A stretch of DNA of 64,000 nucleotides, taken from NCBI GenBank assembly GCA_043803405.1, contig JAZDKB010000020.1:1-64000 (forward strand). The letters run 5' to 3'. A program made the position numbers and the translations under genes. Shown piece by piece: positions 9,325-18,144 of this stretch. The notes under the pieces were generated by a model that saw only the letters and a list, made by a program, of their open reading frames with translations, searched no databases and was not told the DNA's origin. This DNA is from Spirochaetota bacterium. GTDB lineage: Bacteria; Spirochaetota; UBA4802; JAFGDQ01. Within the stretch, counting starts at the first letter, position 1. Every line of letters starts with the position of its first letter.

Positions 9325-9966
9325 CTACCTGTTATATATTTCAATTACACCTTCGCTATTAATTCTCTTATACAGCCTTTTTATTTTCTCCGCCCTGTTT
9401 TCATCTTTTCCGTTTCCGTTATACAAAGACATAACATCATTTACATAAGCAACTGTTGATTGTATGGGCGGTATCTTCATGTTTTTCTTAACCCGCCCCA
9501 GCCCTGCGTGATAAGCCGCCACTGCAAGCGTGACATCATTCTGAAAATAATTTAAAAGGGATTTAAGATGCTTTATGCCTGCGGTCAGGTTTGCTTTAGG
9601 CTCAAGCGGATCAGCGACGTTATAGTAATGGGCGATGTCCGGCATTATCTGCATCAGACCCATTGCGCCCGCAACGGATACGGCGTCAGCTTTAAATCCC
9701 GATTCAACTTTAATAACGCATTTTACCAGGTACGGGTCTAGCCCCTCCGCGCCGGAAATGCTTTCAATAAGGTTATTATAAGGGCTTTGAAAATCATGCT
9801 TTTTATTTACATTAGATTCTTTGCCAGCTTCATTGCTGTTATAATACTGGACCGTTCCATCGCCTAATATTCTCTTTTTTACTTCAGCGTGCTGTATTCC
9901 CGAATTAAAAAACAATAACATGACAATAATAAAAACTAAATTTAATCTGTTTCCATTTACTATCAT
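9325..9966 (-). CDS. Lytic transglycosylase, SLT domain
   Basis: VIKVESGF (catalytic E), GAMGLMQIMP, AAYHAG; N-terminal signal/TM segment. Confidence 0.9.
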   Translation of the reverse strand: MIVNGNRLNLVFIIVMLLFFNSGIQHAEVKKRILGDGTVQYYNSNEAGKESNVNKKHDFQSPYNNLIESISGAEGLDPYLVKCVIKVESGFKADAVSVAGAMGLMQIMPDIAHYYNVADPLEPKANLTAGIKHLKSLLNYFQNDVTLAVAAYHAGLGRVKKNMKIPPIQSTVAYVNDVMSLYNGNGKDENRAEKIKRLYKRINSEGVIEIYNR

Positions 9967-10125
9967 AAATTTTTCTATTTGCGGTATGGTAATGATTCCG
10001 ATCTTCCGGGAATATTATATTCCTCTCACATTTATCCAGTTATGCCGGTGGTTTAGTGACAGGAAAAATGATAATCTGAATCTGCACAATTCTGGATACT
10101 TACGAGGCGGAATAAAATTTGCCGG

Positions 10126-10944
10126 CTACACTATGATGAGAAATCTTCCGCAATGGTTGCAAACGGAAATAGTTTTCCCTTCCTTGATTTCTTTTAGATG
10201 AACTGCCGGAATTTCGAGATGACAGCCGGAACAGCTGCTTTTTTCAAGTATAGAAAACGGATTCTGGCATTTCTTTCTCATCCGGTCGTAATACGTCAAT
10301 GATCTGTTGTCTATCAGCGTTTTTAAGCGGTCTATTTTCTTGACAATGGAATCCGATGTGTTGCCTTCGTCGTAAATATGATAAAGCCTGTCCATCTGGA
10401 TTATGAGATCAATGTCCGAAGAAGGAACGCCGGTGAGGTTTTCCTTATTTGCGTAATACTCATCATCAATATTGCTGATATTATCAAAATAATTTTTAAA
10501 ATCAGCTTTAAGCAGGGAATAGACCGACAGTGTTTTATCGGCTTTTTTCAGCTCCGCAATTTTCTTCTCGTCGGAAAAGATGCGCGATATCATGCCGATC
10601 AGATAAAGATACTGCGTGCTTAATTTTGTCGGGAATAGGCTGAGGAATACATAATGCACGGGAGCATTATCAAAGGACTGATAATCGATTCCCTCTTTCG
10701 ATATGCCAAGTATGGAAACAAATTCGGTTACGGTTTCCGTTCTGGTATGCGGTATGGCAACCCCTTTCCCGATGCCTGTATTTTCAAGGGATTCCCTGTG
10801 AATGACCTGGGTATAATACCTGTTGCTGTTTTCAATTTTCTTGAGTTCTTCCAGTTTGTTAAGCATCTCACGGAACACCAGCTGCTTTTCATTGCTCTCC
10901 AGAAACATTACGTGCTTCTTTGTAAAAAAACTGTCTAATTCCAT
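10126..10944 (-). CDS. PTS EIIA (fructose/Ntr type) domain fused to a C-terminal C4 zinc-ribbon domain
   Basis: RESLENTGIGKGVAIPH (phospho-His), IDYQSFDNAPVHYVFL; C-terminal CSGCHLEIP..CNHCGRFL; start MELDSF at 10944 avoids overlap with the tRNA. Confidence 0.85.
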   Translation of the reverse strand: MELDSFFTKKHVMFLESNEKQLVFREMLNKLEELKKIENSNRYYTQVIHRESLENTGIGKGVAIPHTRTETVTEFVSILGISKEGIDYQSFDNAPVHYVFLSLFPTKLSTQYLYLIGMISRIFSDEKKIAELKKADKTLSVYSLLKADFKNYFDNISNIDDEYYANKENLTGVPSSDIDLIIQMDRLYHIYDEGNTSDSIVKKIDRLKTLIDNRSLTYYDRMRKKCQNPFSILEKSSCSGCHLEIPAVHLKEIKEGKTISVCNHCGRFLIIV

Positions 10945-10977
10945 TTCTATTATCTTTACCTGAAAATATTTTAGAAT

Positions 10978-11052
<75 letters not shown>

Positions 11053-11140
11053 AGATATTTCTGTGCTAAATTAGCAGCTGCCGAAAGCCATGTAAAGAAA
11101 ATTATTTAAGCTTTTTTTATTTTTTAAGCCGGGTTCTATA

Positions 11141-12277
11141 CTATATTCTGCATCCAAGGCCGAAATACAGCACCATATATTTAATATCCTTTGGGGAGAG
11201 ATTAATGACATTATAGGAACATCCTGACTCTATTCTTAAACTGCTGAAATAGAAATTCATAGAAAGGGAAAAAGAATAATATGGATGACTTGAATCTTCC
11301 AGCGTCTGCGCCGGGTAGCCGTTTTCTTTATCAGCCTGCATCTCGATCTTCAGGTCCGCAACGCCACCGCCTGCGGATGACGCTATATTAAAATCGGGCG
11401 ACATTCTGAAAAGATACGAAAGCATCATTTTCCCTGCAGTGACTTCCATCTCCAGATCTCTTCCACTATTATTATACGATTCCTTTGTCCGGGAATAAAA
11501 ATAATCGAAGGAGCCGGTTAAAGCCAGGTTATTAAAGAACGGCGTTGTGCTTATGGACTTAATATTGCGCAATTCGTACGATAGATAACCCGAAGCCTGA
11601 TCTGTATCTTTAAAGATATCCATATCTTTTAAAAAATTTATTCTGCCGTAGTTAAATCCGAAGGTGAATCCGCTAAGCGTATTATACAGACCGAGGAAAG
11701 GCGAAATCTTGGCTTTCCTGTCTTCCTCCTGCCGGGCGCGTTCTTTCCGAATTTCTTCCGTAGCTTTACGAAGCTCCGCATTGATCCGGTTCGTAGCTTC
11801 CTCGATCATCTCGAGCACAACCGCGCTCAGCCTGCTTTCGGTCTCGCCTATATTGACTATCCTCTGCATTTCGGCATCGAATAGCTGCGTCAGAATTGTT
11901 ATCTTTTTTTCCTCTACCTGGTAAGAACCGATGATCATGAACGCGGTTTTTAATACTTTGCTTTTTTCGGCAAGCGTGCCGATGGATGCCTTTTTCTCTT
12001 CATCGGATGCGCCGCTTTCGATATAATCCATTTTAGCAGGATAAGTCTCTGCCTCGTATTCTCCGATCCTGTTTATGTCTTTTGTAATTGCATAAGGAAT
12101 TATAGGCGATAAATAATTAAATTTGTCTGTTTTACTTTTATCCTGGAAAAAACATATCGCGACTTTTTCTTTTTTTATGGGAATATTAGCAGAAGCATTC
12201 TGCTCCCGGCTTTCTTCGGCAGAAAGAAAAGTAATATTTAATATCAAAAGGATGTGTATGATAAGTATTTTTTTCAT
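11141..12277 (-). CDS. Exported protein with TolB-N/FlgO-like N-terminal domain, coiled coil and probable C-terminal outer-membrane beta-barrel
   Basis: Signal peptide MKKILIIHILLILNITFLSA; VAICFFQD..YLSPIIPYAI..IIGSYQVE; alternating beta strands ending LYFGLGCRI. Confidence 0.6.
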   Translation of the reverse strand: MKKILIIHILLILNITFLSAEESREQNASANIPIKKEKVAICFFQDKSKTDKFNYLSPIIPYAITKDINRIGEYEAETYPAKMDYIESGASDEEKKASIGTLAEKSKVLKTAFMIIGSYQVEEKKITILTQLFDAEMQRIVNIGETESRLSAVVLEMIEEATNRINAELRKATEEIRKERARQEEDRKAKISPFLGLYNTLSGFTFGFNYGRINFLKDMDIFKDTDQASGYLSYELRNIKSISTTPFFNNLALTGSFDYFYSRTKESYNNSGRDLEMEVTAGKMMLSYLFRMSPDFNIASSAGGGVADLKIEMQADKENGYPAQTLEDSSHPYYSFSLSMNFYFSSLRIESGCSYNVINLSPKDIKYMVLYFGLGCRI

Positions 12278-12312
12278 CTTTGTATTTTTTTTGAATGTAT
12301 TCCAATAGGCTG

Positions 12313-12422
12313 ATATCGAGACAGTACTCATCAATTTTAAGGCGGCAGGATGCCGCCGCAAGCCGCTTCTTGCAGGATGTAAGCATTAGCGGCGGGAAAA
12401 TTGATGAGTACTGTCTCGATAT
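12313..12422. repeat. ~110-bp structured repeat, copy 1: 26-bp perfect TIR enclosing two CAGGATG-loop hairpins
   Basis: ATATCGAGACAGTACTCATCAATTTT at 12313-12338 and its reverse complement at 12397-12422; homologous to 32859-32960. Confidence 0.85.
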
Positions 12423-12433
12423 ATAAACATGGC

Positions 12434-13624
12434 CTATGTCGAATACTCTGCGTTTATCTTAACATAATCGTACGATATATCGCTTGTATAGAACAGGGCT
12501 TTGCCCTTTCCCATGCCAATATCCACTAAAACGGAAAATTCTCTTTGTGATAATATCTTATCTATTTCGTTTTTGTCGAACGCGCACGGCACGCCTTTTT
12601 TTAAGAGCGGTATATCCTCTATATATATCGACAACTTCTCCTCTTTTACTGATGCCCCGGAGTATCCTGCCGCGCACGCGATCCTTCCCCAGTTCGGGTC
12701 TTTCCCGAAGAAAGCCGTTTTAACGAGCAGCGACTCCGACACAGCCTTTGCCGCCATGCGAGCTTCTTTAGCTGTTTTTGCGCCGGTAACATTCACTTTA
12801 ACGAACTTGGTTGCGCCCTCCCCGTCCATCACGAGCATGCAGCCCAGAGCGCCAAGCACATAGTCGAGCGCTTCCGTGAACGCGGCAATATCACGCGCGG
12901 ACTTAACGCTTTGCCCGGATGCGGGAGAAAGTATTATTGCACTGTCGTTGGTGGACATGTCGCCGTCAATTGTGATCGAATTAAGAGACGCTATTATGGA
13001 TTTCTTAAAACTAGATTTAAGCGATGTCTTCTGCACAGGGCAGTCAGTGATCACGAAAGCCAGCAGCGTCGCCATGTCGGGAGCTATCATGCCTGAGCCT
13101 TTTGCAGTGCCGGCCATTCTGAATTCACCCAGCGACGTGGTGAATGACACTGCCACGCTCTTGGGGAACGTGTCTGTTGTCATGATCGCATTCGGAATAA
13201 TCGCGCCGTTTTCGCGGGTAAGAGAATCCGCGAGCGCAGGTATAGAGTTTAGCATTTTATCCACCGGGAGCTGGTGGCCTATAATGCCGGTCGATGCCAT
13301 GAGCACCGAGGTCTTTTCCGCGCCAAGCTTTGCTGCCATGGCCGCGGTTAATGCAACAGCGTTCCTGTATCCTTCCTCGCCTGTGCACGCGTTCGCGTTT
13401 GTCGCGTTTACAAGAATGGCGCGCACCCGGCCGCCGACCCGCTCCCTGCAAAGGCGAACCGGAGCCGCGAATATTTTATTGGTTGTAAACGCAGCCGCAG
13501 CATTGCAAGGCTTATCCGCAACTATCGCGCAGAAATCCAGCCTGTCCTTTTTTCTTATCCCGCATTCAACTGCTGCAAAAGAATACCCGGGAACCTGTTC
13601 AAGACCGCCTTCCAGTAGTTTCAC
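12434..13624 (-). CDS. argJ: Ornithine acetyltransferase / N-acetylglutamate synthase ArgJ
   Basis: NANACTG, STGIIG, IMTTDT, KGSGMIAPDMATLL, DGDMSTND, DGEGATK, DPNWGRI, YVKINAEYST. Confidence 0.95.
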   Translation of the reverse strand: MKLLEGGLEQVPGYSFAAVECGIRKKDRLDFCAIVADKPCNAAAAFTTNKIFAAPVRLCRERVGGRVRAILVNATNANACTGEEGYRNAVALTAAMAAKLGAEKTSVLMASTGIIGHQLPVDKMLNSIPALADSLTRENGAIIPNAIMTTDTFPKSVAVSFTTSLGEFRMAGTAKGSGMIAPDMATLLAFVITDCPVQKTSLKSSFKKSIIASLNSITIDGDMSTNDSAIILSPASGQSVKSARDIAAFTEALDYVLGALGCMLVMDGEGATKFVKVNVTGAKTAKEARMAAKAVSESLLVKTAFFGKDPNWGRIACAAGYSGASVKEEKLSIYIEDIPLLKKGVPCAFDKNEIDKILSQREFSVLVDIGMGKGKALFYTSDISYDYVKINAEYST

Positions 13625-13662
13625 TTCGTGCTCTCCGATTATGCTTTATATATATAAATTAT

Positions 13663-15228
13663 CTACTTCTTCGACGTCATCATCCCGGACGCCCTAAGCG
13701 CAAGAGCGGCAATAGTAAGGCTCGGGTTCACAGCACCGCCGGACGGCATTACGCCAGCGTCAATAACATACACATTGTTCATACCCCACACGCGGCATTC
13801 AGGATCAACCGCGGACGATGCTTTGTTAACGCCCATTCTGCAAGTGCCCATTGCGTGCGAAAACGTATTGAATCTCATTGTATAAACCGGCAGCCCGCCG
13901 GCTGCAACAATTATTTTTTTTGCTCTGCCGTAAAGCGCCCTGAGCGCCTCGATGTCTCGCTTATGATACCTGTGGCGGACCATGAGAGCCGGCATGCCGA
14001 ACTTGTCGGTTTTACCTGTTTCCAGATACACTTTGTTTTCATACTGCGGAATGTCCTCGGCCATGCACATCAGATTAATAAAAAAATCCGAAAGAAAGGC
14101 GGTTATTGTTTTTAACCCTTTGGGCGCGTTCATCATTAACACGCCTTTGCCGATGCTCGACACGTCCTGAATCATGCCCCATGGCCCGATGGGAGGATTT
14201 TTCAAAGGATAAGGAGCTCCGAAATAGTAATCGGAAATGCCGAGCTGCTTCTGGAGTGTTTTGTCCGGATTTGTTTTATACGGGAAAAGGCCTGTCACAA
14301 CTCCGTTGGCGTGACGGAACAGGTATCTTCCAATCAAATAATTTTTAAAGATATTGTCAATGCCGGATGAGAGCAGAAGATGGGGGCTTGCAAGCGCTCC
14401 TCCTGCCACGATAATGTTATCTGCCCTTACCGTAATTCTTTCGTAAGTAGACTGGTGCACCAGGTCAACGGACACGGCCTTTTTGCCCGAACAGTTGATC
14501 TTAATGGCACGCGTGTCCGGCACAAGAACAGCGCCTTTTTTTACAGCCTGCGGGAGCACCGTTACGGAAAGGTCGTTCTTGGCTTCCAATTTGCAAAGGT
14601 AATGGTCGCATGTGCTGCACGAAATGCATTTGCCTTTACCGAATTTGCCGCTGAAATTGATTGCCATTGGAAGATAAAAAGGATGAAGCCCAAGCTTCTC
14701 CGACGCGTCCCATATCTTTTTTGATGAGAAAGATAATTTCTTTTCCGGGGCATGAACATACTCGGCGCCGCGCTTCGGCTCTGTTGCATCAAGCCCGGAT
14801 ACACCTGCTATGCCGAGTATTCGTTCCGCTGCGTCGTAATGCGGGGCTAGTTCCTTGTACGCGAACGGCCACACGCTTGCTTCGTCCCTGCGGCTCGCGC
14901 CCGGAACAGGCGCTCCCTGAAAATCGTCCTCGCGCATACGGAGCGAAACCGCGCCGTAGAAAGTGGACATGCCGCCCACTGTATCATCGGGCCACATCTC
15001 TTCAATTGAGCCGTATTTCTGATCCGCATAGAACGGAGTCTCGCCCCTGTAGAGCGGGTCCTTTACATGGAGCTTTGTTTCGTCCCAGCAGGAATCGTCC
15101 CTCTTTACAGTTCTGCCGCGGTCGACAATAAGCACTTCTTTGCCAGCCTTTGCAAGATTGTAAGCAGTGAATGCTCCGCCGAATCCGCTCCCGATTATAA
15201 TGTATTCGTAACGTTTTTTTAGGTTCAT
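13663..15228 (-). CDS. GMC-family FAD-dependent oxidoreductase
   Basis: IIGSGFGG, VGGMSTFYG, CISCSTC, HAMGTCRMG, VNPSLTIAALA. Confidence 0.9.
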   Translation of the reverse strand: MNLKKRYEYIIIGSGFGGAFTAYNLAKAGKEVLIVDRGRTVKRDDSCWDETKLHVKDPLYRGETPFYADQKYGSIEEMWPDDTVGGMSTFYGAVSLRMREDDFQGAPVPGASRRDEASVWPFAYKELAPHYDAAERILGIAGVSGLDATEPKRGAEYVHAPEKKLSFSSKKIWDASEKLGLHPFYLPMAINFSGKFGKGKCISCSTCDHYLCKLEAKNDLSVTVLPQAVKKGAVLVPDTRAIKINCSGKKAVSVDLVHQSTYERITVRADNIIVAGGALASPHLLLSSGIDNIFKNYLIGRYLFRHANGVVTGLFPYKTNPDKTLQKQLGISDYYFGAPYPLKNPPIGPWGMIQDVSSIGKGVLMMNAPKGLKTITAFLSDFFINLMCMAEDIPQYENKVYLETGKTDKFGMPALMVRHRYHKRDIEALRALYGRAKKIIVAAGGLPVYTMRFNTFSHAMGTCRMGVNKASSAVDPECRVWGMNNVYVIDAGVMPSGGAVNPSLTIAALALRASGMMTSKK

Positions 15229-15260
15229 AAGATAATTGTATTAAGATGATTTATCTAAAA

Positions 15261-15385
15261 CCTCACCCACCTAACCTCCCTGTGCGAAGCCTCCCTGCGG
15301 GACTCCCAAAAGGAGAGGGAGGGATTTCCCCTTCTCCCTCTGGGAGAAGTCCTAAAGGAGGCTTCACACGGGGTTAGGGTTGAGG
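15261..15385. repeat. REP doublet (CCTCACCC..CTCCC / GGGAG..GGGTTGAGG) carrying two nested 20-21-bp inserts
   Basis: Left arm matches 23771-23816 except for an insert at 15282-15302; second, inverted insert at 15350-15369. Confidence 0.75.
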
Positions 15386-15393
15386 TCTCATAC

Positions 15394-15891
15394 TTACACA
15401 AAAGGCCACACGCCTTCCTGGTACGCCCTTATGAATAAAACAAGGTACGCGCCTCCTTCGAGAATCCATGTCCATGCCTGGAGATAAGTCCCCTTTATGC
15501 TTTCCCATCCCCAGAAGCCGGTATCTGCCCACAGGTTGATCGTGAAACGCTTCTTTGTAAAAGGGAGTAAAAGCGGGAGCCCAACGCTCGACGGCAGATC
15601 GGCCATATAATGTATAATAAGATTCGTAAAAGCAAGGGCTGCCCATGCAGCGTTGAACGGCAATAGTATCAGTCCGACTGCAAGCGCAAATACAAGCGAA
15701 TGCGACCACGTGCAGTGGAACGCAGGCTTTGCCCATTTAAGCCATATAGGCACAGCGTCGAGGTTCGGCAGCTGATGAGCAGCTATGCTCACAGCTATGC
15801 TCTCTAGCGAAAAAGCGTCAACAGCGCCGCCTGTAAGCTCCGGCGCATAAGAAGAAATAACAAGCGATACTGCCCAGTGTCCTAACTGCAT
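15394..15891 (-). CDS. Membrane-bound metal-dependent hydrolase (YdjM-like)
   Basis: LGH near N-terminus, LPNLD, HCTWSHSL, HYMAD motifs with TM segments. Confidence 0.75.
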   Translation of the reverse strand: MQLGHWAVSLVISSYAPELTGGAVDAFSLESIAVSIAAHQLPNLDAVPIWLKWAKPAFHCTWSHSLVFALAVGLILLPFNAAWAALAFTNLIIHYMADLPSSVGLPLLLPFTKKRFTINLWADTGFWGWESIKGTYLQAWTWILEGGAYLVLFIRAYQEGVWPFV

Positions 15892-16116
15892 TTATTTCTC
15901 CTCGTAAAAATTTATTTTTAAATATTTCGCTTTGGTCTCCGCGGCTCTGGGATCGAACAAAAGCGCGATTCCAAGCGCAACCACATAGGAGAGTATATAC
16001 AATAATATCATCTGTCCTGTTGAAAACGGCCTGGCAGGCGTCTCGACAAAAATCTTCACTATGAAAAAAATGATTACTGCGATAAATATTGCCAATAACG
16101 GTGTTCTTTTAAGCAT
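15892..16116 (-). CDS. Small two-TM membrane protein
   Basis: Two hydrophobic helices; GAGGTG RBS; stop abuts the next ATG. Confidence 0.65.
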   Translation of the reverse strand: MLKRTPLLAIFIAVIIFFIVKIFVETPARPFSTGQMILLYILSYVVALGIALLFDPRAAETKAKYLKINFYEEK

Positions 16117-16229
16117 TATTCACCTCAAAAAAATATTTAGGCATATATTTATTTTTTTTGCTTCACAGTCAACGAATAATTATTGTGATTTTTTAAGCCT
16201 GGGGGGAATTAAAAAATAAGAAGTCCGGT

Positions 16230-17612
16230 TTAAAATGACAAAGACACACCTAATCCAGTTTGCAAATAATATCCTTTTGACTTCGCTGTTTGTGAAGTCT
16301 CCTGACGCCAACCTACGACCTTATCTTCTGCCTGACCGTATGAATTTAAATCGATTGAATAAGATATCGCAGCAGCTGTAATAGCAAATTCAACATTTTT
16401 AGTCAAAATATAATCAAGGCCTGCTGTTAATAAAAAATATTTAATATTGTATTCCTGTTTATAATCACCATTGCCATCACTTCCGCAGTTCTCGACATTT
16501 ACCTTTAAATATCCTAATCCGCAATTAAATGAAAGATCTTTTAATATATCAAATTCAATCCCGCCATTAAACAGAATGCTTTGTTGATCTCGCTGGGAAC
16601 TTTCTTTTACTTTTACTTTAGTTGCAGTAGATTGATCATCATCTACTTCCAACTCCTTATTTGTAAAAGAATTCTGAATAGTCAGTCTGCTTTCAAACGC
16701 AATTGCAAAAAATGAATTTAGCCGTTTATATCCTCCGGCCGTGATACTCGGACCGGATGTATGCTTTCCGTTTAACGTAATATCGTCATTTACTCTTAAA
16801 TTTTCGCCTGTTAAAATTCTGTATGTATCTGCAGAGATTGATTTTTTTATCCAAGAAAAATCACCTGATTTAATCTGAAAGCCAATCTCAGAATCATTAG
16901 CTTTGAAAAAATATCCGAATCCAAGCTCCCCCGATAATTTTTGGGTTTCTTTTGTTATTTTTTCACTTTTTTCATATACAGGTGCTGGTAATACTTTGTT
17001 TGCATAATACTCTTTTTTCTCTGTGCTGTCTTTATATTTTGCAAGTATCTGGAAACCTATTGAACTTGATCCGCTTAAATTAAAGCCAGCTGAAAAAATA
17101 AAAGCAGGATTATATTCACTCTTTTCCGTCTTTTCACTTGTTCCCGAAGCGTAAGTTGAGGGCGTAAGTGAAGTTATAGTTGAGATTTCTCTTTTCTCGA
17201 CTGAATATAAATCGTCGCCGTTGTTAGTAAAAGCAAATCCGAAAGCTGAATTATTTAACTTAGTTGAATTTGCTAAATAAATATTATAAGCTTTAATTTG
17301 TGGATCTTCAATTTCAGTATTAAATATATAGCTAGTACTTGTCGTTGGTGATGGCGAGAAAGTTTCTTCATGTCTTTCTCCCGATGCTGAATTTTCTTTC
17401 GCTATATGAGTGACATAATTAAAAAATAGCCCTGTGGAATTTACCGAGGTCTGCTGCGCAAGTAAAGCGGGATTACGCGCCGTGTCAAACGGCCCGCACG
17501 GGACAACAGTTTGCAGATTGCCCATTGAAGCAGCTTTCCCGAACGCAAAAGAGTCTGTGGTTGAATAACTAAAAAATATTATGCACAGCAAAAAAAAGTT
17601 TTTAATTTTCAT
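16230..17612 (-). CDS. Outer-membrane beta-barrel protein, FadL/TodX-like
   Basis: Signal peptide, ASMG..RNPALL hatch-like motif, amphipathic strands, C-terminal GLGVSLSF. Confidence 0.6.
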   Translation of the reverse strand: MKIKNFFLLCIIFFSYSTTDSFAFGKAASMGNLQTVVPCGPFDTARNPALLAQQTSVNSTGLFFNYVTHIAKENSASGERHEETFSPSPTTSTSYIFNTEIEDPQIKAYNIYLANSTKLNNSAFGFAFTNNGDDLYSVEKREISTITSLTPSTYASGTSEKTEKSEYNPAFIFSAGFNLSGSSSIGFQILAKYKDSTEKKEYYANKVLPAPVYEKSEKITKETQKLSGELGFGYFFKANDSEIGFQIKSGDFSWIKKSISADTYRILTGENLRVNDDITLNGKHTSGPSITAGGYKRLNSFFAIAFESRLTIQNSFTNKELEVDDDQSTATKVKVKESSQRDQQSILFNGGIEFDILKDLSFNCGLGYLKVNVENCGSDGNGDYKQEYNIKYFLLTAGLDYILTKNVEFAITAAAISYSIDLNSYGQAEDKVVGWRQETSQTAKSKGYYLQTGLGVSLSF

Positions 17613-17794
17613 ATCAGGTTTAAAATTATTTCTACGTATTTATTACCAGGCTGATTAAGTGCCTACTTCGAATAGGGGTGAAGCCCCTTGTCCTTCCGGG
17701 ATTCTACGATAATAACCGATCTGCTAAAACAGGCTCTGAATATACCGTCATAATGCTTGACAAATCATTAATACGTGCTATTGCATTTTGCATC

Positions 17795-17868
17795 GGGCGA
17801 TTAGCTCAGTCGGTTAGAGCGCCTGCCTCACATGCAGGAGGTCACTGGTTCGAGTCCAGCATCGCCCA
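17795..17868 (+). tRNA. tRNA-Val (CAC)
   Basis: GGGCGATTAGCTCAGTCGGTTAGAGCG-CCTGC-CTCACAT-GCAGG-AGGTCACTGGTTCGAGTCCAGCATCGCCCA; TTGACA at 17757 upstream. Confidence 0.93.
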
Positions 17869-17892
17869 GTTTAAAATCTTATCTCAATATTC

Positions 17893-18144
17893 TTAAATAT
17901 TTTTTAAATCATTTTCCATATCATTCTTTGAAATGCCGATTTGTTTTATAATTGACTTAACATTCCGCTTTTGAATTATTCCCGGTAATTTATCGTGATT
18001 TTTATCCAAAGTAACAAGTCTTCTTATATTGTTAAAATAACCTTCATAATGCTCGTGAGAGCCGGAAGTTCTTTTGTGCTTGAATTTATAGATTTTAGCT
18101 ATAATAAAGTATAATTCTTTATATGTAGGAGCTTTACGACTCAC
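17893..18144 (-). CDS. hicA: HicA-family toxin (mRNA interferase)
   Basis: Basic 83-aa protein with KRTSGSHEHY..VTL motif; GTG start overlaps the hicB stop (GTGA). Confidence 0.7.
   Translation of the reverse strand: MSRKAPTYKELYFIIAKIYKFKHKRTSGSHEHYEGYFNNIRRLVTLDKNHDKLPGIIQKRNVKSIIKQIGISKNDMENDLKNI

Noticed and set aside
12876..13697. 273-aa plus-strand ORF, and similar antisense ORFs over lon, murA, nrdJ, GMC and ABC genes
   Set aside because: They lie opposite well-supported genes and carry no recognisable motifs.
17680..17710. SRP RNA or c-di-AMP riboswitch (CCGGAAGG, GGGGTGAA words)
   Set aside because: The surrounding conserved motifs (CAGG..AGCAG for SRP; GCTGAATCC..GGAGCGGGGG for c-di-AMP) are absent.
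17678..17896. 72-aa plus-strand ORF
   Set aside because: It is a read-through of the tRNA-Val sequence.
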